Source: a virus (taxonomy: Duplodnaviria > Caudoviricetes). From it: DNA of 64,000 nucleotides. The notes under the pieces are model-generated. The model was not told the origin of the DNA, did no database searches, and saw nothing but the letters and a program-made list of their open reading frames with translations. Below are positions 36,176 to 45,371 of the stretch, one piece after another. Made by a program: the position numbers and the translations under genes. The stretch is taken from the IMG/VR virus record IMGVR_UViG_3300025141_000018; one strand, written 5' to 3'. Each line of letters opens with the position of its first letter. Position 1 is the stretch's first letter.

Positions 36176-36514
36176 TTATTTATCTGCAACGCCCAAGTGA
36201 GTCGTTGCAAATGGTTGGGTTATTAATAGTCCGTTTATATCTATGTATTTGTCTGTGCCTTTTTCTTTTGCGAATAATGTGCCAAAACTTCTACCCTGTT
36301 TACCTTTTTTGGAAAAAGCAATTTGGCACATTAAATCTTTGCCTTCAAGCGTTTTAGAAAGAAACTCTTTACCATCATCTGATTTATCTGGTAATATACT
36401 AACGCCGTATAGTTTAACTTTCTGAGTGATGCGAACATAAAAACCTAGGTCCAAGACCATATCTAGTTGATCGCCACTTATAATCTTGTAAAAAACTACT
36501 CTGTATTCGTACAC
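36176..36514 (-). CDS. thermonuclease (SNase)-like protein, degenerate
   Basis: MYEY..GDQLD..LDLGF..K.GR..G pattern; DGDT and GIDxPE motifs altered. Confidence 0.6.
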   Translation of the reverse strand: MYEYRVVFYKIISGDQLDMVLDLGFYVRITQKVKLYGVSILPDKSDDGKEFLSKTLEGKDLMCQIAFSKKGKQGRSFGTLFAKEKGTDKYIDINGLLITQPFATTHLGVADK

Positions 36515-36542
36515 TCATTGCTCTCCTGTTAATTCAACGTAT

Positions 36543-37142
36543 TTATTGATCCCACCTATAAAAAATATGTGTGTCAATATGTACGGTTTGTTTATAATCT
36601 CGTCGTTTCCCCCACCTAGGCACATCTATATAATCTGCATGGTAATGGGTTGCGCCTTCTGTAAAATCTATAATCATCATTGATCGCTTTAAAAAATACT
36701 TTGTTAAAGCAATCGAATAAACATATGCTTTAATATTCGCTGGCCTGTCATCTTTGCCATCGCAATACCAACTAAATTGACACATATCCCTATAAGGGAA
36801 ATATGCATCCTTGCGTTTTACATACCTATGTTTGCCCTCATGCACTACTCCACAAATCGTATTTGGAAATCTTTTGTCTGCCACTCTATTCATTGTAACT
36901 AAAATTACTGCTACTTTGCCCGCCAAACTTTCGTTGCGAGCTTCGTGGTAGATATTCATTGCCATGCATTTTATTTCCGCTGGAGTAAATGCTATAAACG
37001 TATTCCGATATTTTGGTTCCGAATGTTTTTTAATTGTCATTTCGGCTTTTGCTATTTTTATCTTTTCTGTGTTAGCCGCGATTGTCGTGCATCCTATAAA
37101 GATACAGGTCAAGGTGGCTATACAAAGTTTTCTAAAACTCAT
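36543..37142 (-). CDS. cell wall hydrolase (SleB/Hydrolase_2 family)
   Basis: signal-like N-terminus; NIYHEARNE, NRV..FPNTICGVV, QFSW, GATHYHA; start at MSFRK. Confidence 0.9.
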   Translation of the reverse strand: MSFRKLCIATLTCIFIGCTTIAANTEKIKIAKAEMTIKKHSEPKYRNTFIAFTPAEIKCMAMNIYHEARNESLAGKVAVILVTMNRVADKRFPNTICGVVHEGKHRYVKRKDAYFPYRDMCQFSWYCDGKDDRPANIKAYVYSIALTKYFLKRSMMIIDFTEGATHYHADYIDVPRWGKRRDYKQTVHIDTHIFYRWDQ

Positions 37143-37199
37143 ATATACTATCCTTTTTAATTTTTTACTACATTTATACAAGATAAGTTTTAAGGAAAA

Positions 37200-37231
37200 A
37201 CCCAGCCATGCCTTCATGGCTATAACTGGGT
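37200..37231 (-). terminator. intrinsic terminator
   Basis: AGCCATG-AAGG-CATGGCT hairpin then GGGTTTTT. Confidence 0.65.
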
Positions 37232-37247
37232 TGGTTCTGTGTCCTTG

Positions 37248-37475
37248 TTACTTCTTGCTATAAATACCCCATAAAATCCAAAGGGCAATTAAGCCAACAA
37301 GTCCTTCACCACCTAATGCTTTCACGAATGCGATTACATTTCCCAGGATGTCGAAAGGAAGGAATACTACGTTCGCTCCAAAAATGATTTGAAGAACTAT
37401 ACCCATCATCAGAATCGATAATCCAACTTCTGTTAAACCTCGTATCCAAGCAGATACACTTTTGATAATATCCAT
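37248..37475 (-). CDS. 75-aa two-TM membrane protein
   Basis: SD AGGAG; hydrophobic; start at MDIIK. Confidence 0.7.
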   Translation of the reverse strand: MDIIKSVSAWIRGLTEVGLSILMMGIVLQIIFGANVVFLPFDILGNVIAFVKALGGEGLVGLIALWILWGIYSKK

Positions 37476-37497
37476 CTTATTTTTTCTCCTAAAATGA

Positions 37498-37817
37498 AAG
37501 GTTGATTCTGTTTCCAGGTTCAACCTTTAAAACCCACTAAATTATGCGGCTAACGCCATTGCATAATTAGGACTATACTCTGCATTGTTTGCAGTTATTG
37601 TTAATACAGTCTCTCCGATGCATCATTACGCTGTCGAAATCTATTTCGCCCCCATCAGCGAAATACAACATCTAAAATCCATATTAACCCTCCGGAGCCC
37701 AATAAAATTACAAAGGCCCAAAATAGGTTTTGATTGCTCATTGTTGTACCTCTCTGGTGGAGGCGGGCGGTATCGCACCGCCGTCCAAACGTCGTCAACA
37801 AAGTGTCATCGACCGTG
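37498..37817 (-). ncRNA. ssrA: circularly permuted (two-piece) tmRNA gene
   Basis: acceptor piece ends GGCGG-TGCGATA-CCGCC-CGCCTCC-A-CCA (37782-37755); coding piece starts GGGGGCG at 37653 with G3.U70; tag ANNAEYSPNYAMALAA* at 37592-37542; TAAATA at 37827-37822; 3' hairpin at 37497-37528; outer ends approximate. Confidence 0.92.
37655..37741 (-). CDS. 28-aa hydrophobic peptide in the tmRNA intervening segment
   Basis: SD GAGAGG (37754-37749), 7-nt spacer, ATG; MSNQNLFWAFVILLGSGGLIWILDVVFR*. Confidence 0.6.
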   Translation of the reverse strand: MSNQNLFWAFVILLGSGGLIWILDVVFR

Positions 37818-37835
37818 TGTATATTTACCTGAATT

Positions 37836-38264
37836 TCAGGTAGATTCCCCGGAATTACACCGAGGTGCGTGGATCTCAACTAGGTAAGATTCACGTTTTT
37901 CTAGCACTTTTTTACTAGTAAAATTAGCACACGGGGTAAATATAACCTCCACGTCATCTAATGTATCCTTGGTAAAAAATATGTGCCTAAACTCATCCCA
38001 ACTTTTAGTTTGTCTTGTTCCGTGTTTAGTAATGCCTAACAACTTTCTTGCATGTTGTCGTAATCTTTGTGGTGTTCCAGCATTATAACTGGTATTATCA
38101 CTTGCATTAATTCCGATATAAAAAATGCCAAAACTTGGCGAACTTAGCATATAAATGCCTTGAGAACGAATCTCTTTTGGTGAATCTTTCCGTGTTCTGA
38201 CACTAAAACTGTTATCTTTTGGTATAAAATCTAGAATTTTTTTTAAAGGAAATTTATACTGCAT
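37836..38264 (-). CDS. GIY-YIG homing endonuclease-like protein
   Basis: GIYMLSSPSFGIFYIG, RLRQH, E...N; apparently leaderless from a TTGACT-N18-TATAAT promoter at 38301-38272. Confidence 0.8.
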   Translation of the reverse strand: MQYKFPLKKILDFIPKDNSFSVRTRKDSPKEIRSQGIYMLSSPSFGIFYIGINASDNTSYNAGTPQRLRQHARKLLGITKHGTRQTKSWDEFRHIFFTKDTLDDVEVIFTPCANFTSKKVLEKRESYLVEIHAPRCNSGEST

Positions 38265-38297
38265 AAACTGTATTATAACATAGATGTTACAAAAAAG

Positions 38298-38594
38298 TCA
38301 AGAGATTTTATATAACGTGTAGATCCAAGTTAATTCTTCGCCGGCTTTAATATCACGATTTGTTCGAATATACCAACCAGCACCATCTACTAAAGAATCC
38401 CAAAACTTCATACAATTAGGATTATTGGAATGATTACCAAACGCACCTAACGGAGTTCTTACTATATTTCCGTTAACAAAAAAATGGATTTGTCCTAACA
38501 TTTTACCTTCTGGAATGTCTTTGGTAGCAAATAAACCAAGACCATGAATTCCCGAATCTTTAATGGTTACTAATTCCGGAAGTGGATTATACAT
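38298..38594 (-). CDS. minimal SET-domain methyltransferase
   Basis: GLGLFA, NHSNNPN, DIKAGEELT.Y. Confidence 0.88.
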   Translation of the reverse strand: MYNPLPELVTIKDSGIHGLGLFATKDIPEGKMLGQIHFFVNGNIVRTPLGAFGNHSNNPNCMKFWDSLVDGAGWYIRTNRDIKAGEELTWIYTLYKIS

Positions 38595-38604
38595 TGAGGA
38601 TCCG

Positions 38605-40809
38605 TTATGCTTCCATTAGTTTAAAAAATACGGACCACTTCACGGACTGTCCTGTTTCACCGTAAAGCATAACTTTTAATTTGTGAGAGGATGTATCAGC
38701 AATAATATCTGCATTCCAATGAGTTGCTGAATTTTGGTATGTTGTTTTTGCATTTGAACCAACAATAGATAATGTACCAGCAGTATTATCGGCTACGCCT
38801 TCTACTTTAAATGCATTTTGTAATGTACCGCCTATTTGACGTCCGATAAAGCGAACATCAAAATACCATGCTTTATCACTAGCAGGTCCTATTTGAGCTC
38901 CGCCAAACACTATTTCTTCGCCAGTATTACCTGTTGTTGTGTGTGTAGCCGTATAAACTTGTCCGTCTGGATTTTGTGTTTGAGTTAAAGTCCAAGGTGC
39001 TCCGGTTGGAATTTCTATGTAATCAATTTGATCTACTAAACTTGCACCAGTACCTTGTTTAAGCCTTTTTAGTGTTACATCACCAGAAACATTGCTTTTA
39101 ATTAAACTAATAGCACCCGATGTTCCGGTATCACTAAATGAATGAGTAACAGTTTTCCAGTCCGTAGATCGAAACTCAAGAACACTTGTATCTGTATTAT
39201 AACGTAACGTACCGTTATTAGTTATTGTACGTTGTGCATCAGTTCCACTAGGAATAACTAACCCGCCTGTTCCTGGTATCCATGTATTATCTGTAAGACC
39301 AATAGTTGGATTACCGGCAGTACCGTCGCCTTGATTAATTGTAATTTCATTTGGTGTTCCGGTTAACGTTCGATATAATGGAGTATCGCCGGATCTTGCA
39401 AGTATACCTGTACCTGATGTAGAACTTAAATTTTCAATCCATGTTGTTGGTATAATGCTAGTTACTGTCCAAGCACCATTAAGATATACATATAATGTCA
39501 AGTTATCTTCACGTAATGCTAATGCACCTTCTAGTACTGTTAATGCTTCTAAACCTGCTTGTGAAGAAACAACAATTACGTTTGCAGTAGAACTACCCGA
39601 ACCTCCTCCGCTACTTGATCCGCCACCACTGCTTGAACCTCCGCCTGGTGATGTTGATGCACCCGAATCTTCGCCACCTGCGGCAGTAGTTTCACCAATA
39701 CTGCCTGTTGCACCTGGTGCAGTTTGTGATACAACGGTTGTACCTGACGTTGGCGTTGCTTCGCCATGTAATGTAGATGTTGAGTAGCCTGTTATATTAC
39801 CACAATAATCATATATGGCTGTTTTATCTTGTATTAGTGCATCATAGTTATTACCTTTTTTAAGTAATGCAATCATTTCGGGTTCTACAAGAACTTCAAA
39901 AATATTATTAAACTCTTGCCCTGCCATGCTTGTACCTGCGGCACCAGTAACAGGATAACCTCCTAGTTTATCAAATGTTGCAGATAAGTTACCAGCAACA
40001 TTTGTTGCATCTTTTACTCCACCTTTAAATGAAGTTCCAATTCCTTGTGACCTTGGTAATCCTAAAGAAGCACTACATTCGCCTCCATGTAAACTACTTC
40101 CGCCATTACTATATGCACCATTTAGTAATCCTTCTAAACTAATTAAACTTTCTAAACTACTAATATTAGAATTAACACTTGATATTAACGAATCTAAACT
40201 TGGTGTCGCAAAACTACCATCTAGGATAGCCGTCATGTTATCGCTTATTGATTTTAAAGCACCACTATTTAAACTAGAAAAATTAAACTTACCATCGAGT
40301 CCTACACAGGCACACATATTATCAGGACCTATTGCTCCAATAGCATTTATTATATCTGCACCTTTTCCTAAGAATGAGCCAAATGCACCTTCAAGCATGT
40401 TAGGAATACTTTTTGGATTTACTGGATCGGCACAAAAGTTAATCATGCTACCAATTGCGGCAACTTCACTTATAACACCATTGAGATTTTTAAGTACACT
40501 ATCAATGCCCGTATGGTCATTAAACGAATCCATAGAATCACGTAATGATTCTAAAACATCTTTTAATTCACCTTGTAATGGATTTTTTAATAGTTCGTCT
40601 AATGCAACCGTTAGACAAATTTGGAGGTTAGGTAAGAGTAAGCCTTGTCCTGCGAGCAAGGCACATATCATATCTTTTAAATTGTAACTATATTCGGCTT
40701 GTACACCAATTAAGTCAGAATCACCGAGTAAATTTGTAGTATTGTTTACTGTCGGGGATATATAATCATTAAATGATGATAGTCCGTTACTAAAGTCGTC
40801 GAATGCCAT
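38605..40809 (-). CDS. virion structural protein (baseplate/tail-fibre-like), Gly-Ser linker
   Basis: G/S/T-rich; GGGSSS linker; GTLRYNT fibre-type motifs; adjacent to PAAR gene. Confidence 0.6.
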   Translation of the reverse strand: MAFDDFSNGLSSFNDYISPTVNNTTNLLGDSDLIGVQAEYSYNLKDMICALLAGQGLLLPNLQICLTVALDELLKNPLQGELKDVLESLRDSMDSFNDHTGIDSVLKNLNGVISEVAAIGSMINFCADPVNPKSIPNMLEGAFGSFLGKGADIINAIGAIGPDNMCACVGLDGKFNFSSLNSGALKSISDNMTAILDGSFATPSLDSLISSVNSNISSLESLISLEGLLNGAYSNGGSSLHGGECSASLGLPRSQGIGTSFKGGVKDATNVAGNLSATFDKLGGYPVTGAAGTSMAGQEFNNIFEVLVEPEMIALLKKGNNYDALIQDKTAIYDYCGNITGYSTSTLHGEATPTSGTTVVSQTAPGATGSIGETTAAGGEDSGASTSPGGGSSSGGGSSSGGGSGSSTANVIVVSSQAGLEALTVLEGALALREDNLTLYVYLNGAWTVTSIIPTTWIENLSSTSGTGILARSGDTPLYRTLTGTPNEITINQGDGTAGNPTIGLTDNTWIPGTGGLVIPSGTDAQRTITNNGTLRYNTDTSVLEFRSTDWKTVTHSFSDTGTSGAISLIKSNVSGDVTLKRLKQGTGASLVDQIDYIEIPTGAPWTLTQTQNPDGQVYTATHTTTGNTGEEIVFGGAQIGPASDKAWYFDVRFIGRQIGGTLQNAFKVEGVADNTAGTLSIVGSNAKTTYQNSATHWNADIIADTSSHKLKVMLYGETGQSVKWSVFFKLMEA

Positions 40810-40814
40810 TCATG

Positions 40815-41105
40815 TTACCCGTCTGCAAATACATCTGGGCTTCCATCAATACGTACATGACCACAAGAATCAGGATCTCCTTGCCTATTAACAGGAATAT
40901 TGTTTGCAAAAACAGTTCCACTTCCGCTTGTAGTTTTCCATACCTTGTCCTTGTGTGGATAAGTCCACGGATAATGAAATGTTCCCATACTACCATCAAC
41001 TGCTACTTCTAAATTATTAGCAAAAACAGTTGCTTGAGGTATTAAATCTATTATACCCGGAGGCGTTGCATTATTTTTATCTGATTTTCGTTGTACTTGT
41101 GGCAT
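40815..41105 (-). CDS. PAAR spike-tip protein (gp5.4-like)
   Basis: VFANN..VAVDG, GSGTVFANNIPVNRQGD..SCGH..GSPDVF. Confidence 0.85.
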   Translation of the reverse strand: MPQVQRKSDKNNATPPGIIDLIPQATVFANNLEVAVDGSMGTFHYPWTYPHKDKVWKTTSGSGTVFANNIPVNRQGDPDSCGHVRIDGSPDVFADG

Positions 41106-41380
41106 TAGAGCACTATCCCAGTTGTTGCTTCAATATATTTATCGGCTAATTCTTTAACCGCCGGAGCCATTGCAACAATTTGATCTTTGTTAATCCAAAC
41201 TTTACTATTATCGCCTGTTGCAGGCCATTTAACCATTGCTACACCTTGCGTTGTTCCTTGCAAAGTCATTGAATTTTTTATATACTGAGCTCCATCTTCT
41301 GTAGACAGGCGGCCTATAACTTCATTGCCGCCTGCTAAACTTATAGACATTACTTGATCTTTGTCTTTACTTACTAGCAT
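41105..41380 (-). CDS. hypothetical protein
   Basis: GNEVIG..YIEATTGIVL pattern. Confidence 0.6.
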   Translation of the reverse strand: MLVSKDKDQVMSISLAGGNEVIGRLSTEDGAQYIKNSMTLQGTTQGVAMVKWPATGDNSKVWINKDQIVAMAPAVKELADKYIEATTGIVL

Positions 41381-43361
41381 ATTCCTCGTTTTGAGTAGGT
41401 ATATCCATTAATTCTGTTAAGTCAACAGATTCGCAACCACCAGTATCAGCAGAACAGGCTAATTCCTGCGACCCTGCTGTAAAATCGCTTTTTTCAAAAT
41501 TTGAAAGTTTAGTCCAATCAACGCCTTTAGGCATATTAATTAAACCTGCTTTAAATTCTTTTTCATTGCAATCTTGATACGGTGCTTGTCTATATGTATG
41601 TTCGCTAAATGGCAAGAACGAAACGCCACTTACCGAATCGAAGTGTTCCCAAACCCAATTACCAACTTCCATCCATTCGTCTTCTTTAACAGAGATAGTT
41701 ACAGATGGTTTGTGTTCACACCAATGAGTTTGATACGTCATCCAAAGTTTTAATTGATCTACTGCCGACATATCAGTTCTAAATACCGAATCTTTTGGTG
41801 CTGACATTGGAAAACTAAAAACAGTTGTATGATTAGGTTTCATAACATCGGGTTCATTTGGAAAGCCTTCATCCATCATGAATTTACATAATGGATCTTT
41901 ATTGTCTGCTCTTACAGTACGGATATAATAAGGATTATGACGGGCATGAATACCAGAAGCAGAATCAACGAGCTGAGACACAGTACCACTAGGTTTGACA
42001 CAAGTAACACTGGCTGACTGATTAATTCCGAGTCTTTCTGCCCATTCTTTGTTTGTTCTGACAGCGACATTTCGTAATCCTTCCAATAGTGATTCTAATC
42101 CTTTTTTCTTTCCATTGGTTAACGGACTATCCATTATTCCTGTGAGGCTAACTCCAAGAAGTCGTTCCTCCTCGCAATTTCTGTTCCATTCTTTTGTGAG
42201 GTATTTAAAGTTAGTAAGGGTTGATTGAAAAGTTCCAAGGATAGTTGCAATTCGTACTTTCTCTTCCAGAGATTCAACATTGTCCCCTCTTCTGATAACG
42301 CATTCACTAAGGTTGCAGAATTCGCGGGACCGTAAAATGATTTCAGAGCACGGATTTGTGCCAAAGTCATGTCCAGGATCTCGTCGTTGTCCTTCATCGC
42401 CGTTCCTTTCATTAATTCTTTGCACTTGTGTCTGTGCAGATTTTCCGTTATAAACACCACGTTCACCGGATTTACTGTCATATAAACTAAGCCATTCTCT
42501 CATGAATGTGCCTATGTCTGGTTTGCCTTGATAGTTAACCGAATTATTTGCTAAAGCCCTCTGTCCATGTTGCTCCCACCAATTACCTGTTTTTGCAAAT
42601 CGTAATTCTCTATCATTTAGATCAGATAAACTAATTAATGCACTACGTCTAACACCGCCTACAACAACAATTTCTGCTGTCTTACATACAATGTCGTGTG
42701 CTTCTATAGGTTTTAACTTTCGTCCTGCCGCTTGTTTAAATGTAGCAACAGTAAAATGAAACAAGTCATTAAGAGGCGCCGGTCCTGACGCTCTTCCACC
42801 AAATGTTTTTAATGGTGCTCCTGCTTCTCTAATTTTAGACAAATCCCATTTTGGAACTTGGCCTGTCCATACTAAGCCTAGCAATTCTTTAAATGCTTTT
42901 GCCCAACCTAACTTACTATCAGCAACAACTATTGTTGTATCTGTTGGCCAAAATTCACTAGCAACCGCTGGCATTTTGTCTGTAAATTTACTTTCAACAC
43001 TAAAACCTACGCCTGTACCATTCATCAATATGTATAAAATCTCATCAAATGATCTTGGGTGATCTACTGCGACATATGAGCAATTATATCCTGCAACATT
43101 TTCTCGTTTTAATGCTTCTCCTGCAGTCATCATGCATCGCATACTCGGCATAACTTCTAATTTAAGAACTGCTTGTTCTAGTTCTTTACGTTCTTCTTTT
43201 TTTAATGTGTAGCCACATTCTTCTTTAATATGATTTTCAAAAAAATCAAAATAACGGGCAACAGTTTCGTTCCACGTTTCTCTTCTCTCTTTTTCATAGT
43301 CCCATCGTGCATACCTGGACAAATGAATAAATGATTGGTATTCGGTAGGTAAACCAGACAT
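41367..43361 (-). CDS. nrdJ: class II (AdoCbl-dependent) ribonucleotide reductase
   Basis: YNCS, GGVRRSA, TNPCSEI, CNLSE, KPSGT, C-terminal C..GC; no beta subunit nearby. Confidence 0.92.
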   Translation of the reverse strand: MSGLPTEYQSFIHLSRYARWDYEKERRETWNETVARYFDFFENHIKEECGYTLKKEERKELEQAVLKLEVMPSMRCMMTAGEALKRENVAGYNCSYVAVDHPRSFDEILYILMNGTGVGFSVESKFTDKMPAVASEFWPTDTTIVVADSKLGWAKAFKELLGLVWTGQVPKWDLSKIREAGAPLKTFGGRASGPAPLNDLFHFTVATFKQAAGRKLKPIEAHDIVCKTAEIVVVGGVRRSALISLSDLNDRELRFAKTGNWWEQHGQRALANNSVNYQGKPDIGTFMREWLSLYDSKSGERGVYNGKSAQTQVQRINERNGDEGQRRDPGHDFGTNPCSEIILRSREFCNLSECVIRRGDNVESLEEKVRIATILGTFQSTLTNFKYLTKEWNRNCEEERLLGVSLTGIMDSPLTNGKKKGLESLLEGLRNVAVRTNKEWAERLGINQSASVTCVKPSGTVSQLVDSASGIHARHNPYYIRTVRADNKDPLCKFMMDEGFPNEPDVMKPNHTTVFSFPMSAPKDSVFRTDMSAVDQLKLWMTYQTHWCEHKPSVTISVKEDEWMEVGNWVWEHFDSVSGVSFLPFSEHTYRQAPYQDCNEKEFKAGLINMPKGVDWTKLSNFEKSDFTAGSQELACSADTGGCESVDLTELMDIPTQNEEYASK

Positions 43362-43433
43362 CAACACTCCTTTTAATTGTGTAATCTTGAATTGTATTTT
43401 ATGATAATGCTAATTGCATGTAAAAACTATTTA

Positions 43434-44105
43434 TTAGACTGATGTATTCCAGACCCGGATTTGGAAGAAAAACTCAGTTGCAGTGGCAACCGTATATTTT
43501 AAATCAACTATACTTGTCGCAATAACGGTTGAAAATGAAAATCCTAAGGTAGTTGATAAGTCCTCAAACGAATCGTGTAGACTTACTGCCGTTCCATCCG
43601 TAATAAATCGTAACGTACCAACTCTAAATGTTGAACCTTGTTTTAAAGAATAATCTAAAAACATGGTATTATAATATGAGGTGTTAAAACTGAAACCAGT
43701 ATTAACATTTGTACCGGAGGCTAAAGTTACATGGTGTGCTTGTTGAGCTCCACCAGTCATTCCAACTTCACTGTTATAACCTACTTTTACATTAGGGGAA
43801 CCTGTAGCAGTGACACCATTTACAAGTGTAACTTGGTTAGTTGCTAAGGTAAAATCTGTTGTTAATGCTAACTTACTGTAACCCGAGCCGGCATCGGCTA
43901 AAACAGTTAATGTATCAGGTTTAACAGTCTTATTGCTAAGAGTAAGAACTTGACTAGCACTTCCTGTACTTTGAAATGTTTCGTATGCATTGCCTATGAA
44001 TAGGCGTTGTGTATCGGTGGCGTATCCAAATTCACCTTCATTAAGTACTGGTAAATCGGCTTGGTTGCCTCGCCGTACCTGCATTCGTGCTGTCGTTGTT
44101 GCCAT
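43434..44105 (-). CDS. virion structural protein
   Basis: QVRRG..LP.L.EGEFGYATDTQRLFIG fibre/baseplate-type N-terminus. Confidence 0.65.
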   Translation of the reverse strand: MATTTARMQVRRGNQADLPVLNEGEFGYATDTQRLFIGNAYETFQSTGSASQVLTLSNKTVKPDTLTVLADAGSGYSKLALTTDFTLATNQVTLVNGVTATGSPNVKVGYNSEVGMTGGAQQAHHVTLASGTNVNTGFSFNTSYYNTMFLDYSLKQGSTFRVGTLRFITDGTAVSLHDSFEDLSTTLGFSFSTVIATSIVDLKYTVATATEFFFQIRVWNTSV

Positions 44106-44118
44106 TTATTATAAATCC

Positions 44119-44802
44119 TTAAAACGGGAGCTCTTCTCTACTTGTATTTAGCTCATAATATTTATCGACTGTTTTGGACCATTTATCTGCATATGATTCA
44201 AATTCCTCGCTTATATCAAACTCTTTAAAATTACCATCTCTATCCACCATTAAAATATAGCAATTTTTAATGTCTGTGTCAAACATTTTATTATGTGCTA
44301 ATGCATAGGCAGTACCTTGTAAAAAATAATTTTCTACCCATTCACGTTTCTTTATTTTTTTAGATGTTTTAAAATCAATTATTGCGGGTTCGCCTTTGTA
44401 TATACCAACTAAATCACTAGTACCAGCATAAAGTCCTGGATAAAAAAGAGTACATTCTACGCCCCAACATTCATCCATATTATCTTGTAAATTTGTTATA
44501 AGGGGCTTACTAATTTTTTCAGCCATTTGCCAAACCAAATTACCATTTGGTTTTGCCTCTACCTCTAACAAATAATTTTCAACAAGTTTATGAGTTGCAG
44601 TACCAAGTCCTGCCGCTTCTTTTTTAACTTTATTTGCTTCTTCTTTTCCTACACGTTTTTGCCATGCAAAAATTGCTGACTTATCAGATGTAGCATCTAA
44701 TATTGATGTTACACTAGGTAAGTTTTCGTCGCCAACTTCATATACGCGACTGCCTTTTACCATCGAACGTTGTGATGCTGGATAATCATATTTTGGTTTC
44801 AT
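44119..44802 (-). CDS. PD-(D/E)XK exonuclease
   Basis: PSVTSIL, GT..H, YAGTSD, IIDFKTS, Q..AYA. Confidence 0.88.
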   Translation of the reverse strand: MKPKYDYPASQRSMVKGSRVYEVGDENLPSVTSILDATSDKSAIFAWQKRVGKEEANKVKKEAAGLGTATHKLVENYLLEVEAKPNGNLVWQMAEKISKPLITNLQDNMDECWGVECTLFYPGLYAGTSDLVGIYKGEPAIIDFKTSKKIKKREWVENYFLQGTAYALAHNKMFDTDIKNCYILMVDRDGNFKEFDISEEFESYADKWSKTVDKYYELNTSREELPF

Positions 44803-45371
44803 TTTACCCCGGTAATTAAGTTATATAGATAATTCGCCCATTCCGCGACGGCTTCTTCTTCATAATAACCATAACCACTAGGTTTAGGTTGCACCGTTCT
44901 ACATATATTATAGTATGTTTTGTAGCCTTTGTCAAGTTGAGATTTAATCTCGTATAACTTTTCTACTATATGAAAAACATAAACTTTATGTCCTCTATAT
45001 TCTAATAATTCTTTACATCTGTCTATTTGTATTTTTTGATAGTCTGATGCACTATTAATATCAAATTTATTGTCAAGCCATTGTTGATATATTTCATCAT
45101 CATCACTTGACTCTATAGATTTATTATTCCAGTACACTCTATCTGGAAATGTTGTCATAATAATAATTAATGATTTTTCAGTGGCAGGACTATTAGAAAG
45201 GGCAAGATGTATAATTTCTTCATTTGATCCAACTTCAACGCCATAATTTTCAACAGGCAAGTTTAATTTATTTCCTAGTAAAACAGGCCATGAGGAATTA
45301 TGATCTTTTAACATAGAACCTTTGGTATGTGAATCACCAAAAGTTTTTAATTTTACCAGTAAATTTTCCAA
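44799..45371 (-). CDS. SGNH-like hydrolase-fold protein
   Basis: FGDSHTKG..SWPVLL..NYG..GSN..TFPDR. Confidence 0.65.
   Translation of the reverse strand: MENLLVKLKTFGDSHTKGSMLKDHNSSWPVLLGNKLNLPVENYGVEVGSNEEIIHLALSNSPATEKSLIIIMTTFPDRVYWNNKSIESSDDDEIYQQWLDNKFDINSASDYQKIQIDRCKELLEYRGHKVYVFHIVEKLYEIKSQLDKGYKTYYNICRTVQPKPSGYGYYEEEAVAEWANYLYNLITGVK

Noticed and set aside
37585-37887. ORF-track ORFs of 74 aa (minus) and 100 aa (plus) across the tmRNA
   Set aside because: They run through the tmRNA acceptor piece with no SD. Only the internal 28-aa ORF has an SD and fits the spacer.
39589-39645. DNA tandem repeat in the GGGSSS linker
   Set aside because: Codons vary between units; this is a protein-level flexible linker, not a DNA repeat.
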